This document shows, piece by piece, positions 26,648 through 36,975 of a stretch of 64,000 nt of DNA. How positions within the stretch are numbered: position 1 is the first letter of the stretch; every line of letters starts with the position of its first letter. The stretch is from Planctomycetota bacterium (GTDB lineage Bacteria; Planctomycetota; Brocadiia; JAADGH01). The DNA is taken from positions 32,001 to 96,000 of the forward strand of contig JBFMAD010000003.1 in assembly GCA_040755855.1 (NCBI GenBank). The letters are read 5' to 3'. A program made the translations under genes and the position numbers. The notes below the pieces were generated by a model that searched no databases, had not been told where the DNA came from, and saw only the letters and a list, made by a program, of their open reading frames with translations.

Positions 26648-29329
26648 ATGAAATGCGCAGGAATACCACGTATTATTTTGAGCGTGCTGTTCGTCATCGC
26701 AGGCTGTGGCGTAGTTTCTGCGGAGGGAGGAATGAACCTGCTCAAGAACGGCGACTTCGAGAAGGTCGTTGACGGAAAACCCGACGGCTGGCAGACGGCG
26801 GGAGCGGCGACGGTGAAGCAGACGCTCGCCTCCGACGTCGGCCGTGAAGGCGGCCACAGTGCGAAGCTCGCGTGCACGGAGATTACCGGCACGACGCCGG
26901 CCACGCATGTGATGTTGGCGCAGAACAACACGGTGGCGCTCCAGAACGGGAAGTGGTATCGCCTACGCTTCTGGGCAAAGCAGGAGGGAATGGAGGGTGA
27001 ATCGGTCCAGATCGCCGTCAACCAGACGAAGCCGTGGGTCGGCGGCGCGAGAAACGCCGGAGCGTTCCAACCCACCGACGAGTGGAAGGAATACGAGTTC
27101 CAGTTCCGCGCTGTGCGCGATGTGCCCGCCGAGGCGAGTCGGTTCCAGATGTGGCATCACAGCGTCGGAACGCTGTGGGTGGACGATATGACACTCGATC
27201 AGATTCCCGGCCTTGTCCAGACGCCGCGCGACGTCGTCGAGGCGCCGCCCGGGAAAAACATGATTCCGAATGCGTCCTTCGAGTGCGGGCCTGGTGGATG
27301 GGGGAGCATTGCCAAAATCTCCACGTGGGGCGGCAACCTGCTTCACCCCTTCGGCGCGATTGACGAGATGACCGCGGCCGACGGCAAGCGGAGCCTGAAG
27401 GTCCAGCTCGGCCCGGACAACTTCCCCGTCTTCTACTTCGACTATTTCCATATGTATCGCGAACCGATCAAGAGCATCCGCACCGTGAATCTCGGCTGGC
27501 TCAAGGTCGAGAAGGACGGCAACTATACGCTATCCGCTGCGATGAAGTCCGCGACGCCGGGCGTGAAGGTAAAGATGGCTATGGAGAATGGAGGATACCA
27601 GGACATCGCGCTGACGACGGACTGGCAGCGATACTCCATGACGCGAAAGGCCCTGCGAGAATACTGCTTCGTCGCCATCGAACTCGACCTGCCCGGCCAG
27701 AACCTGGAGCAGGCGACGATCTGGATTGACGCCGTGCAGTTGGAAAAATCCGACACGGCCAGCGACTTCCAGCCCTACGCCCCCATCGAGGTGCAGTTGG
27801 CGACGGGCAAACCCATGAATGTCTTTGCCGTCGGCGAGCCGGTGGCGCTGGAGACGACGGTCTGCAACGCCGGCGAGGCGGAGGCAAAGGTCGTTGTGTC
27901 CGTCAAGCTGCAGGACTTCTTCGACGAGCCAGCCGGTGAAACGACCACCGAGATCGCTGTGCCACCGAAATTGCAAGTCACCAAGACCATCGCTCTTCCC
28001 GTCGAAAAGAAAGGCTTCTGTCGCGTGACGACCGCCATCGAAGCAGGTGGGGCCAAGCGAACGCATGTCATGCGTATCGCTGTGGTCGAGTCGTATGGCG
28101 CGAAGGATTCCATCTTTGCCGTAAACCACGCCTATCCGTGGGACGAACTGATGAAGGTGAAGCAGCTTGGCGGGACCATGTGGACGCGCGACTGGTCAAT
28201 CAAATGGCGCGACGTAGAGCCGGAGAAGGGGCGATTCGATTTCACCGAGACCGACCACCAGATCAACCGCCCGATCAAGCTCGGCGACCAGGTGCTCGGT
28301 CTGCTGCCCTTCCCGTCGAGCGACTGGTCCTCCACCGCCCCGGCGGACTTCAAGGCCGACAACGCCTACTTGCAGGAGCGCGAGCGCGTCGCCTACAAGC
28401 CGCGCGACATGGGCGAGTTCGAGAACTACGTCGCCAAAACGGTCGAGCACTACAAGGACCGGATCAAGTACTGGGAGATTATGAACGAACCGCTCTACAC
28501 AACCTATGCTGTGCCGGAGCGCTTCGGCCACAAGCCGGAGGACTACGTCGAGATACTGAAGCACGCCTTCCAGACGATCCGGCGCGTGGACCCCGAAGCC
28601 AAGGTGATCGGCGGGATCGCCGGTCTTGGCTCGGAGCACTTCTCCAAGGCCATCATTGACCTCGGTGCGCTCGACTACATGGACTACATCAACACCCACA
28701 CCTACCCCGGCATGACCATGCCCGAACGGACGCACGACCAGCTCGTCCACCTGAACGAGATGATGGACGCGAAGGGCAAGCGCCTGCCCATGTGGTGCAC
28801 GGAGTACGCCTACTACGCGGACGACGACATGCCCGCCCGGCCGATGATCTTCGAATTGCCCTTCGTCAAGGCGGAGATGCTCTGCGCGGCCTACTTCATA
28901 CGCCTCAGTGCGATCATGATGGGCGACGGACACGAGAAGCTCGTCTTCCACGCAGGCACGTGCGGTAGGGCAAACTCGCTTAGCCCGTCGGGCTTCCTCT
29001 ACGATTTCGACGGCGTGTTCAAGGTCTATCCCGCGATCTCCGCGATGTCGAATATCTTTGGAGCGGACACGAAAACGCGAGGCAAACTTGAAACCCCTGA
29101 AGGCGTCTGGGCATATCTTTTCGAGAACCCACGCGGTGCGTTCGCCATGGTCTGGTGCACAGCGAAAGCAAAGGGCGCATTGACCTTGAAAGACGACCGC
29201 CTGAAACTCTTGGACATCCAGGGCAACCCCATCGCCGAGCGGCAAGTCGAACTGACGGAATACCCCATGTATGTCATCGGAGCGGGGATGAAGGCGGACG
29301 AAGTGCGAGACGGATTTGAGGTAAAGTAG
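26648..29329 (+). CDS. Paralogous secreted CBM4/9-like x2 + GH39-like hydrolase
   Basis: Same architecture as the upstream gene; EIMNEP and WCTEYA; AGGAGG RBS. Confidence 0.8.
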   Translation: MKCAGIPRIILSVLFVIAGCGVVSAEGGMNLLKNGDFEKVVDGKPDGWQTAGAATVKQTLASDVGREGGHSAKLACTEITGTTPATHVMLAQNNTVALQNGKWYRLRFWAKQEGMEGESVQIAVNQTKPWVGGARNAGAFQPTDEWKEYEFQFRAVRDVPAEASRFQMWHHSVGTLWVDDMTLDQIPGLVQTPRDVVEAPPGKNMIPNASFECGPGGWGSIAKISTWGGNLLHPFGAIDEMTAADGKRSLKVQLGPDNFPVFYFDYFHMYREPIKSIRTVNLGWLKVEKDGNYTLSAAMKSATPGVKVKMAMENGGYQDIALTTDWQRYSMTRKALREYCFVAIELDLPGQNLEQATIWIDAVQLEKSDTASDFQPYAPIEVQLATGKPMNVFAVGEPVALETTVCNAGEAEAKVVVSVKLQDFFDEPAGETTTEIAVPPKLQVTKTIALPVEKKGFCRVTTAIEAGGAKRTHVMRIAVVESYGAKDSIFAVNHAYPWDELMKVKQLGGTMWTRDWSIKWRDVEPEKGRFDFTETDHQINRPIKLGDQVLGLLPFPSSDWSSTAPADFKADNAYLQERERVAYKPRDMGEFENYVAKTVEHYKDRIKYWEIMNEPLYTTYAVPERFGHKPEDYVEILKHAFQTIRRVDPEAKVIGGIAGLGSEHFSKAIIDLGALDYMDYINTHTYPGMTMPERTHDQLVHLNEMMDAKGKRLPMWCTEYAYYADDDMPARPMIFELPFVKAEMLCAAYFIRLSAIMMGDGHEKLVFHAGTCGRANSLSPSGFLYDFDGVFKVYPAISAMSNIFGADTKTRGKLETPEGVWAYLFENPRGAFAMVWCTAKAKGALTLKDDRLKLLDIQGNPIAERQVELTEYPMYVIGAGMKADEVRDGFEVK

Positions 29330-29342
29330 CAAGGAGTGAAAC

Positions 29343-30710
29343 ATGGCCAAAGTCGTCGTCATCATGTGCGACACCCTAAGGCGGGACTATATGGGGTGCT
29401 ATGGGAACCAGTGGATCCATACCCCGTTCTTCGACAAGCTGGCTGAGAAGGCATACATTTTCGACAACGCCTACATCTCGGCCTTTCCGACGATCCCGAA
29501 CCGGACCGACCTGTTCCTCGGCAAATACACCTTCCCCTTCTACGGCTGGCAGGCGCTCGACCGGAAGGAGACGCCCGTCGCGGCGGCGCTCACCGGGGCG
29601 GGCGTGGTGACCCAGTTCATCCACGACACGATGCACATGTTGAACAACGGCAACTTCTTCGCCCGCGGCTTCCGGGGCTGGAAGGCCATCCGAGGCGGGG
29701 AATCCGACCTTTTCGAGACGTTGGCCAACGTCGAGATCAAACTCCAGGCCCCGGACGAGAAGCATCGCGGCGACGGCCACGCAGCAAAACAGTACCTCCG
29801 CAACCGCCACCACTGGACCACGGAGTCGGACTGGTTCGTGGCGCAGACGGCGACCGAGTGCTGCACCTGGCTGGAGCGCAACTACAAGGCGAAGGACTTC
29901 TTTCTCTGGATTGACACGTTCCAGATTCACGAGCCGTGGGACCCGCCGCAGTGGTACATTGATCGCTATGATCCCGACTTCAAGGGCGAGGTGAACATCC
30001 ACCCGCGCTACGACTACTGCGACTACCTGACGAAGCCCGAGCTAAGGCAGGCTATCGCCCGATACGCCGGCGAGGTGACGCTCACCGACCGATGGGTCGG
30101 CAATGTGATCCAGAAGGTGGAGGACCTGGGCATTGACGGGGAAACGATCATCATGCTGACCTCCGACCACGGCATGTATCTCGGCGAGCACGGGCGCATC
30201 GGCAAGCACACGGTGGTCCACCCCGAGGACCCCTGGCCGCTCTACGACACCGTGGCGAAGATCCCGTGGATCATCAAGGTCCCCGGAATAACGCGGGCAA
30301 AACGGATCAACAGCCTCGTCCAGCCGCCGGACATGATGCCGACGCTGCTGGACATCTTCGGCGCAAGGGGCCCGGCGGGCATGCACGGCAAGTCGCTCAT
30401 GCCGCTGCTGAACGGCAAGAGGACGCAGATTCGCAAATACGCATTTTCCGGCGGGCAGATGACCGGCAAGCCGGGCATCCTGCACACGCCGATCACCGTT
30501 ACGGGCGCCGACGGCTGGACGCTGATCTTCGGCCATCCCGAGGACCCGCCGGAACTCTATCACACGGCGAAGGACCCCGAACAGAAAAGGAACATCATCA
30601 AACAGAACCTCGCCCGCGCGCGGACGATGCACAGGGCCTTCGAGCATTTCCTCTTCGAGATCAATGCGCCGGACGAGGCCGTGCAGAAGTGCATCCAGCA
30701 CGCGCCGTAA
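29343..30710 (+). CDS. Sulfatase-like hydrolase with Thr at the formylglycine position
   Basis: CDTLRRD, FPTIPNR, HEPWDPP, TSDHG. Confidence 0.85.
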   Translation: MAKVVVIMCDTLRRDYMGCYGNQWIHTPFFDKLAEKAYIFDNAYISAFPTIPNRTDLFLGKYTFPFYGWQALDRKETPVAAALTGAGVVTQFIHDTMHMLNNGNFFARGFRGWKAIRGGESDLFETLANVEIKLQAPDEKHRGDGHAAKQYLRNRHHWTTESDWFVAQTATECCTWLERNYKAKDFFLWIDTFQIHEPWDPPQWYIDRYDPDFKGEVNIHPRYDYCDYLTKPELRQAIARYAGEVTLTDRWVGNVIQKVEDLGIDGETIIMLTSDHGMYLGEHGRIGKHTVVHPEDPWPLYDTVAKIPWIIKVPGITRAKRINSLVQPPDMMPTLLDIFGARGPAGMHGKSLMPLLNGKRTQIRKYAFSGGQMTGKPGILHTPITVTGADGWTLIFGHPEDPPELYHTAKDPEQKRNIIKQNLARARTMHRAFEHFLFEINAPDEAVQKCIQHAP

Positions 30711-30726
30711 CCCAGGAGGAATCATC

Positions 30727-31221
30727 ATGGACAAGAGGACAGTAGCAGTTATTGCTCTCGTGGTGCTCATCGCCGCCGTTTTCGCGATGCGGCGATCCGG
30801 CGGCCGCGTGGGTGGCGGAAAGGCAGCGCCTGAGATATCGCTCACTGGTGTGGCCAATGCGGAGGAAGTTCCCACGCTGGCCAATCTTCGCGGCAAGCCG
30901 GTGCTGCTCGAGTTCTGGGCCACGTGGTGCCCGCCATGCCGGGAGTCTATCCCGCACCTGATCGAAATCCACGAAAAGCACAAGGACCGCGGGCTGGTCG
31001 TCATCGGCATCACCAATGAAGCTCCGAGCGCCGTCGAGCCGTTCATTGAAAAGATGGGCATGACGTATATCGTCGGTTATGATGGAGGCGGCCGGACGGG
31101 GAACGCCTATCGCGTGACCGGCATCCCTCACGCCTTCCTCATCGCCGCCGACGGGACCATCGCCTGGAATGGACACCCAATGGCGCTTGAGGACGGCATC
31201 ATCGCCCAGATTGTGGACTGA
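30727..31221 (+). CDS. TlpA/ResA-like thioredoxin
   Basis: N-terminal anchor, FWATWCPPC, GIPHAFLI. Confidence 0.92.
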   Translation: MDKRTVAVIALVVLIAAVFAMRRSGGRVGGGKAAPEISLTGVANAEEVPTLANLRGKPVLLEFWATWCPPCRESIPHLIEIHEKHKDRGLVVIGITNEAPSAVEPFIEKMGMTYIVGYDGGGRTGNAYRVTGIPHAFLIAADGTIAWNGHPMALEDGIIAQIVD

Positions 31222-31239
31222 AAGAAAGGAAATCGCATC

Positions 31240-32247
31240 ATGTCGGAGGCAATGCAAGTAGTACCCGCTCAGGACGAGCGGTTGACGTGGGACGGGGCGG
31301 TATCGTTGGAGACGACGAAAGACTGGGTGCGCCCCTGGCGCATCCCGCATGGGGACAAGGAACTCTTCCCCCCTGCCGCCCTGATCGAACGGGCGGGCAT
31401 GCCCGCAGGCGTGCGGCTCCGCTTTGCGACGGACTCCACCGCCCTGCGCCTCAACGCGACCCCCATGCCCGCGGCGGGAAAGTTAGATGTGGTGTGCAAT
31501 GGGGATTTGGTCGAGACCATTCCCTTCGCCCAGGGCGCAACGGCGATTTCCGCGGGGACGCTGCCGAAGGGCCGGAAGGAGATCGAACTCTGGCTCCCGA
31601 TGACTGTGCCCGTTCAACTTGCATCGGTCGAGATCAGCGCCGGCGCATCTCTGGAGAAGATCGAGGACACGCGGCCGAAGTGGATCACCTATGGCAGTTC
31701 CATCACCCACTGCGGCGGCGCGGAAAGCCCCGCCTACACCTGGCCGGGCATCGTCGCCCGGGAGTGCAGGCTGAACCTGACGTGCCTCGGCTTCGGCGGC
31801 AACTGCCACTTGGAACCGAACCTCGCCCGCCTGATCCGCGATCTGCCCGCCGACTACATCTCTCTGAAGGTCGGCATCAACATCATGGGCGGGGCAAGCC
31901 TCGGACCGAGGACGTTCCTGTCGGCGGTCATCGGCTTTGTCCTCATCGTCCGCGAGGGACATCCCGACGCGCCGTTGATCCTGTGCTCGCCCATCCTATC
32001 CAAACCGAGGGAGGAGAAGGACAACCCGGCAGGGCTGAATCTGACGAAGATGCGGCGATACATCCGGGAGGCCGTGGAGATCTTCAAGGCCCGCGGCGAT
32101 AAGAACATCCACTACGTGGACGGCCTGACGCTCCTCGGTCCCGACCATGCCCACCTACAGCCGGACGACTGCCACCCAAACGCGGAGGGATACAAGTTGC
32201 TCGGTCGGAACTTCATCCGCGAGGCGGCGGAGAAGTATTTCGTTTGA
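31240..32247 (+). CDS. SGNH/GDSL esterase with N-terminal beta-sandwich (SsfX3-like architecture)
   Basis: YGSSITH, LGFGGNC, GIN, DDCHPNAEGY. Confidence 0.85.
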   Translation: MSEAMQVVPAQDERLTWDGAVSLETTKDWVRPWRIPHGDKELFPPAALIERAGMPAGVRLRFATDSTALRLNATPMPAAGKLDVVCNGDLVETIPFAQGATAISAGTLPKGRKEIELWLPMTVPVQLASVEISAGASLEKIEDTRPKWITYGSSITHCGGAESPAYTWPGIVARECRLNLTCLGFGGNCHLEPNLARLIRDLPADYISLKVGINIMGGASLGPRTFLSAVIGFVLIVREGHPDAPLILCSPILSKPREEKDNPAGLNLTKMRRYIREAVEIFKARGDKNIHYVDGLTLLGPDHAHLQPDDCHPNAEGYKLLGRNFIREAAEKYFV

Positions 32248-32265
32248 CAACAAACCAACTGTACT

Positions 32266-32292
32266 CTCCCGGAGGTTTGGAACCTACGGGAG
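32266..32292. repeat. CTCCCGGAGGT..ACCT(C/A)CGGGAG palindrome family, copy 1
   Basis: Near-identical to 47278-47307. Confidence 0.6.
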
Positions 32293-32325
32293 GGTCGCTT
32301 TACCGAGGGAGGTAAGGATTCAACC

Positions 32326-33108
32326 ATGAAACCGAAAAGCATTCTCTGGGCGGATCATCCCTGGGAGGAACTCGCGCAGATCGCCAAGGCCGGGGCTGTG
32401 GTCGTGGCCCCGTTCGGCTCGACGGAGCAGCACGGGCCGATGCTGCCCGTGGAGACGGACATTCGCATCGCCGAAAAGGTGGCCGCCGAAGGGGCCGCAG
32501 TCGCGGCGCGAAAACACGACGTGCCGGTTCTCGTGCTCCCGACAATGCCCGTGGGCCTGGCGCTGCACCACATGCGGTTTGCGGGGACGCTATCGTTTCA
32601 GCCGGAGACCTACGTGAAAGTCGTCGCGGAGATTCTGGAGTCCGTGGTGAAGCACGGCTTCCGAAAGATCGCCGTCATCTCCGGTCACGGCGGCAACGAT
32701 CCGGGGCTGAAGCTGGGGATCGAGAAGGTGGTGTATCATTCGCCCAAGCCGCTCCGCATCGCCCAGTATCCCGGGTGGAACGAGCCGGAGTTTGCGCGAC
32801 GTCGGCAGGAGGCGTTCAAGGACGCCCCCTCGGAGGGCCAAATGGGCATCCACGCCGCTCGGTCGGAGACGGCGTGCACCCTGGCGGACAGGCCGCACCT
32901 CGTCCGCCGCGATCGGATGGTGAAACCGCAGTTGAAGCTCAAGACTGTGCCGGAGTGGTGGTGGAGAACCGATGAGTTGTCCGAGACGGGCGCGTTCGGC
33001 GACCCTTCGATAGCCACCGCCGAATTCGGCCAGAAGATGTGGGACATCTGGGCCGAAGCCGTCGGCTTGTTCATCAAGCGCCTGTGGGAGACGAATCTGT
33101 CGGAGTAA
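32326..33108 (+). CDS. Creatininase-family amidohydrolase
   Basis: PFGSTEQHGPMLPVETD, SGHGGN, HAARSET. Confidence 0.92.
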   Translation: MKPKSILWADHPWEELAQIAKAGAVVVAPFGSTEQHGPMLPVETDIRIAEKVAAEGAAVAARKHDVPVLVLPTMPVGLALHHMRFAGTLSFQPETYVKVVAEILESVVKHGFRKIAVISGHGGNDPGLKLGIEKVVYHSPKPLRIAQYPGWNEPEFARRRQEAFKDAPSEGQMGIHAARSETACTLADRPHLVRRDRMVKPQLKLKTVPEWWWRTDELSETGAFGDPSIATAEFGQKMWDIWAEAVGLFIKRLWETNLSE

Positions 33109-34183
33109 GACAGCGACAGAGCGCCCGAAACGTCTTTCCCACCCGCATCGTCCGCTCCGCCGCGGCATACCATCCCTGAGGGGCGTACTCCGAGGTGTGA
33201 AGCCGGCACTGGATGCGGACGTCCGCGCTGCCGTCGGTGAAGGTGAGCAGGCGGCTCATGGGGACCATGTGCTCCTTGTGGCCGTGGTGGCGCGAAAGGG
33301 CCGCGACATTGACGAACGTGACGCCCCACTTGCGCTCGATGTGCGCCCGCCCGCCCGCGCGGTCGTCGGGGTTTGCATGGGTGTGCGCGCCGAGCCAGAT
33401 GTCAATCGCGCCGGGATGCCCGGCGAGATAGCCCTCGAAGGCCTGCGCGTCGGGCCGGCCGTCCACGAAGTAGAGATACGATGCACCCTCCGGCCCGCCG
33501 TCGGGGAAGTAGCCGTGGTAGTTGCCTTTCCAGTGACCCTTCTTGTCCTTGACGAATCCCTCCCACGGCCCGGAGGCGACGGTCGTCTCCTTGAGCATGT
33601 GGTGGTGGCACGAGATGATGATGCAGTCGCGGTTCGCCTCGACCATCCCCTTCCACCACTCAAACGTCTCGCTGGTCACCGCGCCTGCGGGATAGCCGCC
33701 CCTCGCCCCTCGTCCGACGGGCGGGCCGCCGTCGTTGCGATCGCCCATCATCAGGAAGAGGATGTTGCCCACGCGGAACGAGTAGCGCTCCCACGTGCCC
33801 TCGATGGGGTAGGGCCGCCGGGCAGCGTTGACGCCCGAGTGCTCCGTGTGCTCGCCGGTCGGGTCAATCCACTTGCGGAACCACCATTGGCACGGCTCGT
33901 CCGGGCCGCTCGCGTCGTGGTTGCCCACGAGGCAGTAGAACTGCTCGCGGGTGTGCTTCCTGAGCGCGCCGAACTGTTTGACGACAAGCCGCCCCTCCTC
34001 GTCATCCGGCGGGGTCTGCGTGCCGGAGAAATCGCCCAGGCAGACGGCGATGTCCCACTCGAACGCTCCCGACTCGCTCTGGCGAATGGCATCGGCCAGG
34101 CTTTCTCGACCGGCGGCCCGCAGGTCCGTACCGACATGCGGGCAGCCCGACGCCCACAGATGAAAGACGTTTCCTTCTGACAT
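33074..34183 (-). CDS. Calcineurin-like metallophosphoesterase
   Basis: CLGDF, GNHD, CHHH, GAHTH; motif I reads GCPH. Confidence 0.8.
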   Translation of the reverse strand: MSEGNVFHLWASGCPHVGTDLRAAGRESLADAIRQSESGAFEWDIAVCLGDFSGTQTPPDDEEGRLVVKQFGALRKHTREQFYCLVGNHDASGPDEPCQWWFRKWIDPTGEHTEHSGVNAARRPYPIEGTWERYSFRVGNILFLMMGDRNDGGPPVGRGARGGYPAGAVTSETFEWWKGMVEANRDCIIISCHHHMLKETTVASGPWEGFVKDKKGHWKGNYHGYFPDGGPEGASYLYFVDGRPDAQAFEGYLAGHPGAIDIWLGAHTHANPDDRAGGRAHIERKWGVTFVNVAALSRHHGHKEHMVPMSRLLTFTDGSADVRIQCRLHTSEYAPQGWYAAAERTMRVGKTFRALCRCLTPTDSSPTGA

Positions 34184-34336
34184 GCTGCGGTGTCCTCCTC
34201 GGATTCACACCGCATTCATTGTAGCATATTTCCTGTGGGGAGGTTGATTTTCCGGCGTGTTTTGATGAAAATAGAACCCCGGCGGGCGGCCGAAAACAGC
34301 CGCCCATGTTTTTTCACTGAACAGGAGATGCGTACC

Positions 34337-35821
34337 ATGAAGCAGCGACCGAACATCCTTTTCCTCATGAGCGATCAGCACAACGCCTCGTGCATGGGCG
34401 CGATGGGGCACCCAAACGTCCGAACGCCGAGCCTGGACAAGGTGGCGCAGGAGGGCGTGCTCTTCACGAGCGCCTTCGCAAACAATCCCATTTGTTCGCC
34501 GTCGCGAATCTGCTTCATGACCGGCCAGTACTGCCACACCCACCGCATCCTCGGCAACAACAACTTCGAGAACGACGATACAAACCCACACACCCTCGGC
34601 GCGCAGCTCCGGCGCCACGGCTACCAGACAGCCCTCATCGGCAAGGCGCATATGATCAAGAAGTGGGACGATGATGCCTTCGAGCACATCCGCTACTGCG
34701 ACCTCGCCGATACCGAGCGCGTCAACCCCCTGAGCAACCACTACTACAAGCACCTCGTGGACAACGGCCTCGGCGACCTGTACGAGGACGGCGCCCTGCC
34801 GAAGGACCACCCCTACCACAAGCAGCGCTACGCCACGGCCCAGCTCCCCTACGAACACTCGCTGGAGCACTGGACCGGCTCAGAGACGATCCTGTTCCTC
34901 GAACAGCGCGACACGCGCCGGCCGTTCTTCATCCACATGAGCTTCGAGCGGCCGCACCCGAACTGGATGCCGTCGGCGGAGCATGTGAATCTCTACAACC
35001 CGGACGACCTGATCCTTCCCGACAACGCTTTCGACTGGTTCGAGAACCAGTTCAGCGGCCATTGCGAACTGATCCGTACGCGGGCGCGACACCGCGCCAG
35101 GAGCGAGGCTGAGCTGAAGAAGATCCTTGCCCACCATTTCGCCCTCGTCACGGTGATTGACATGGAGATCGGCCGCGTGCTCGACTGGCTGCGCGCGCAC
35201 AGGGAATATGAGAACACGGTCATCGTCTATACCGCCGACCACGGCGACTTCGCCGGCGACCACGGAATCTATGACAAGAACCTGGGCATCTTTGAATCCA
35301 TCCATCGCATCCCGTTTATCCTGAAGTACCCCGACGGGCCGAGAGGCCGGACGTGCGATGAGATCATCGAGTCGGTTGACCTCTACCGGACATTGTGCGA
35401 CCTGGCCGATGCGCCCACCCCGGAGTGCGTCGAGGGGCGATCCATCCTGCCCATCGCGGCGGGCGAGGCGTCGGGACGCGATTTAGCCATCTGCGAGTGG
35501 AACTTCCCACGGCCGCAGAGCCGGGTGAACGCCATCCGCACGCGGCGCTATCGCCTGGTCTATTACGACCACGAGATTGGCGGCGAGCTATACGATCACG
35601 AGACCGACCCCGGCGAGACGAAGGACCTGTGGAACGACCCGGCCATGCGCGGAGTGCGCATGGATCTGATGGAGATGCTCTTCGACCAGATTAACCAGTA
35701 TTCCCTCAAGAGCGACTATGACATGGACGCGAAGAAGGCCGAGCGCGACCGCTTCACGCCCTCCTACCTCGTCCACAAGAAGGCCAAAAAGTGGTCGGAT
35801 ATCGAGGGCCTGATCTCTTGA
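34337..35821 (+). CDS. Cys-type sulfatase (choline-sulfatase-like)
   Basis: RPNILFLMSDQH, CSPSR, GKAH, RPHP, TADHGD. Confidence 0.93.
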   Translation: MKQRPNILFLMSDQHNASCMGAMGHPNVRTPSLDKVAQEGVLFTSAFANNPICSPSRICFMTGQYCHTHRILGNNNFENDDTNPHTLGAQLRRHGYQTALIGKAHMIKKWDDDAFEHIRYCDLADTERVNPLSNHYYKHLVDNGLGDLYEDGALPKDHPYHKQRYATAQLPYEHSLEHWTGSETILFLEQRDTRRPFFIHMSFERPHPNWMPSAEHVNLYNPDDLILPDNAFDWFENQFSGHCELIRTRARHRARSEAELKKILAHHFALVTVIDMEIGRVLDWLRAHREYENTVIVYTADHGDFAGDHGIYDKNLGIFESIHRIPFILKYPDGPRGRTCDEIIESVDLYRTLCDLADAPTPECVEGRSILPIAAGEASGRDLAICEWNFPRPQSRVNAIRTRRYRLVYYDHEIGGELYDHETDPGETKDLWNDPAMRGVRMDLMEMLFDQINQYSLKSDYDMDAKKAERDRFTPSYLVHKKAKKWSDIEGLIS

Positions 35822-35918
35822 GCCGGTTGGGGGGATGTTGAATTCTGCCGGAACTGATGCAGTCTTCGTCCAGGACCACAGCTGCCTGGCCGATGTCATT
35901 TCGTCGCCCCGGTTCATC

Positions 35919-36494
35919 TTATGCGTGGGCTGGCTGGCCGCCGTCAATCCAGTTCACCGGCACTCGATGAACCATGTCAATCAATCTGTCGGGGATCGCA
36001 TTCTGAACGCCGTTCATGCTGGCAAATCGCGTGAGATTGCGGATGCCGGTGAAGTCGTGCTTCTCCCAGAGCGCAAGCGCGAGGCCGTTATAGGCCAGTG
36101 AGAAGCGCGGGTCAATCTCCAGGGCCTTCGTGTAATCGCTGATCGCATGATCCACGTCTTCCATCCGCTGATACGCCGCGGCGCGGGCGCGATAGGCCCA
36201 GGCGTACAATGGATCGTGCATCAGGGCCTCTGTGTAACACGCGACCTCCTGCTTTGGCGTGCCGGCCATCTTGCCGCGGCTATAGGCCTCATAGGCGAGC
36301 ATGCTCCGCGTGCCGCACTCCCGCACCCAGTCCTCCTGCTCCGGGGTAAGATAGGGTGGGTTGAAGTGTTGAGCGACGCGGTCCAGGGTCAGCCTCAGCT
36401 GCTCCCAGGCGCCGGGCCCGACGCTATCTAGGATGAAATACGTGGAGACGACGAACCCGACGATGACCACGAATAAGCATAATGCAAACACCAT
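35919..36494 (-). CDS. Membrane-anchored TPR protein
   Basis: N-terminal TM; YTEALMHDP..AYRARA, DYTKALEIDPRFSLAYNGLA. Confidence 0.8.
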   Translation of the reverse strand: MVFALCLFVVIVGFVVSTYFILDSVGPGAWEQLRLTLDRVAQHFNPPYLTPEQEDWVRECGTRSMLAYEAYSRGKMAGTPKQEVACYTEALMHDPLYAWAYRARAAAYQRMEDVDHAISDYTKALEIDPRFSLAYNGLALALWEKHDFTGIRNLTRFASMNGVQNAIPDRLIDMVHRVPVNWIDGGQPAHA

Positions 36495-36975
36495 CGCGCT
36501 GTCTCCATCTCTTGAACACAACTTGATGTCTTGCGGATGCCAGGACCAGGCCTACAGCAGACCAATTACCGTATGGGCGACCAGCGCCACGGCAAGCAGC
36601 ACGAGGACTGAGCGCACAAAGTGGTCTGGTCTGAACGGGCCTTCAACTCTGGCAAGGGCAAAACACATCGCTGAACCTCGCAAAGAATCGAGCCAAGATC
36701 GTGCGCAAGAGAACCGAGGTGTCCACGCACAGGGGCGGTTTGCGCACATGTGCGCTAATCATTGTAGCAAGCGTTATGCCGCCGACTTCCCGATGAAATA
36801 TAATTATATAACATATTTGTACAACAGATGTTAAGACAACATGATCCTATCGGTAATGCCAATCGCCTCAGATAATTTGTCCCAAAATGAAGCACTGTCA
36901 TTAGGTTTGTGTGGCTAAATGAGACGGTGCTACTGGCGGGTTGTGTACCCCTCTGCAACACCGTTTGATCTTTGC

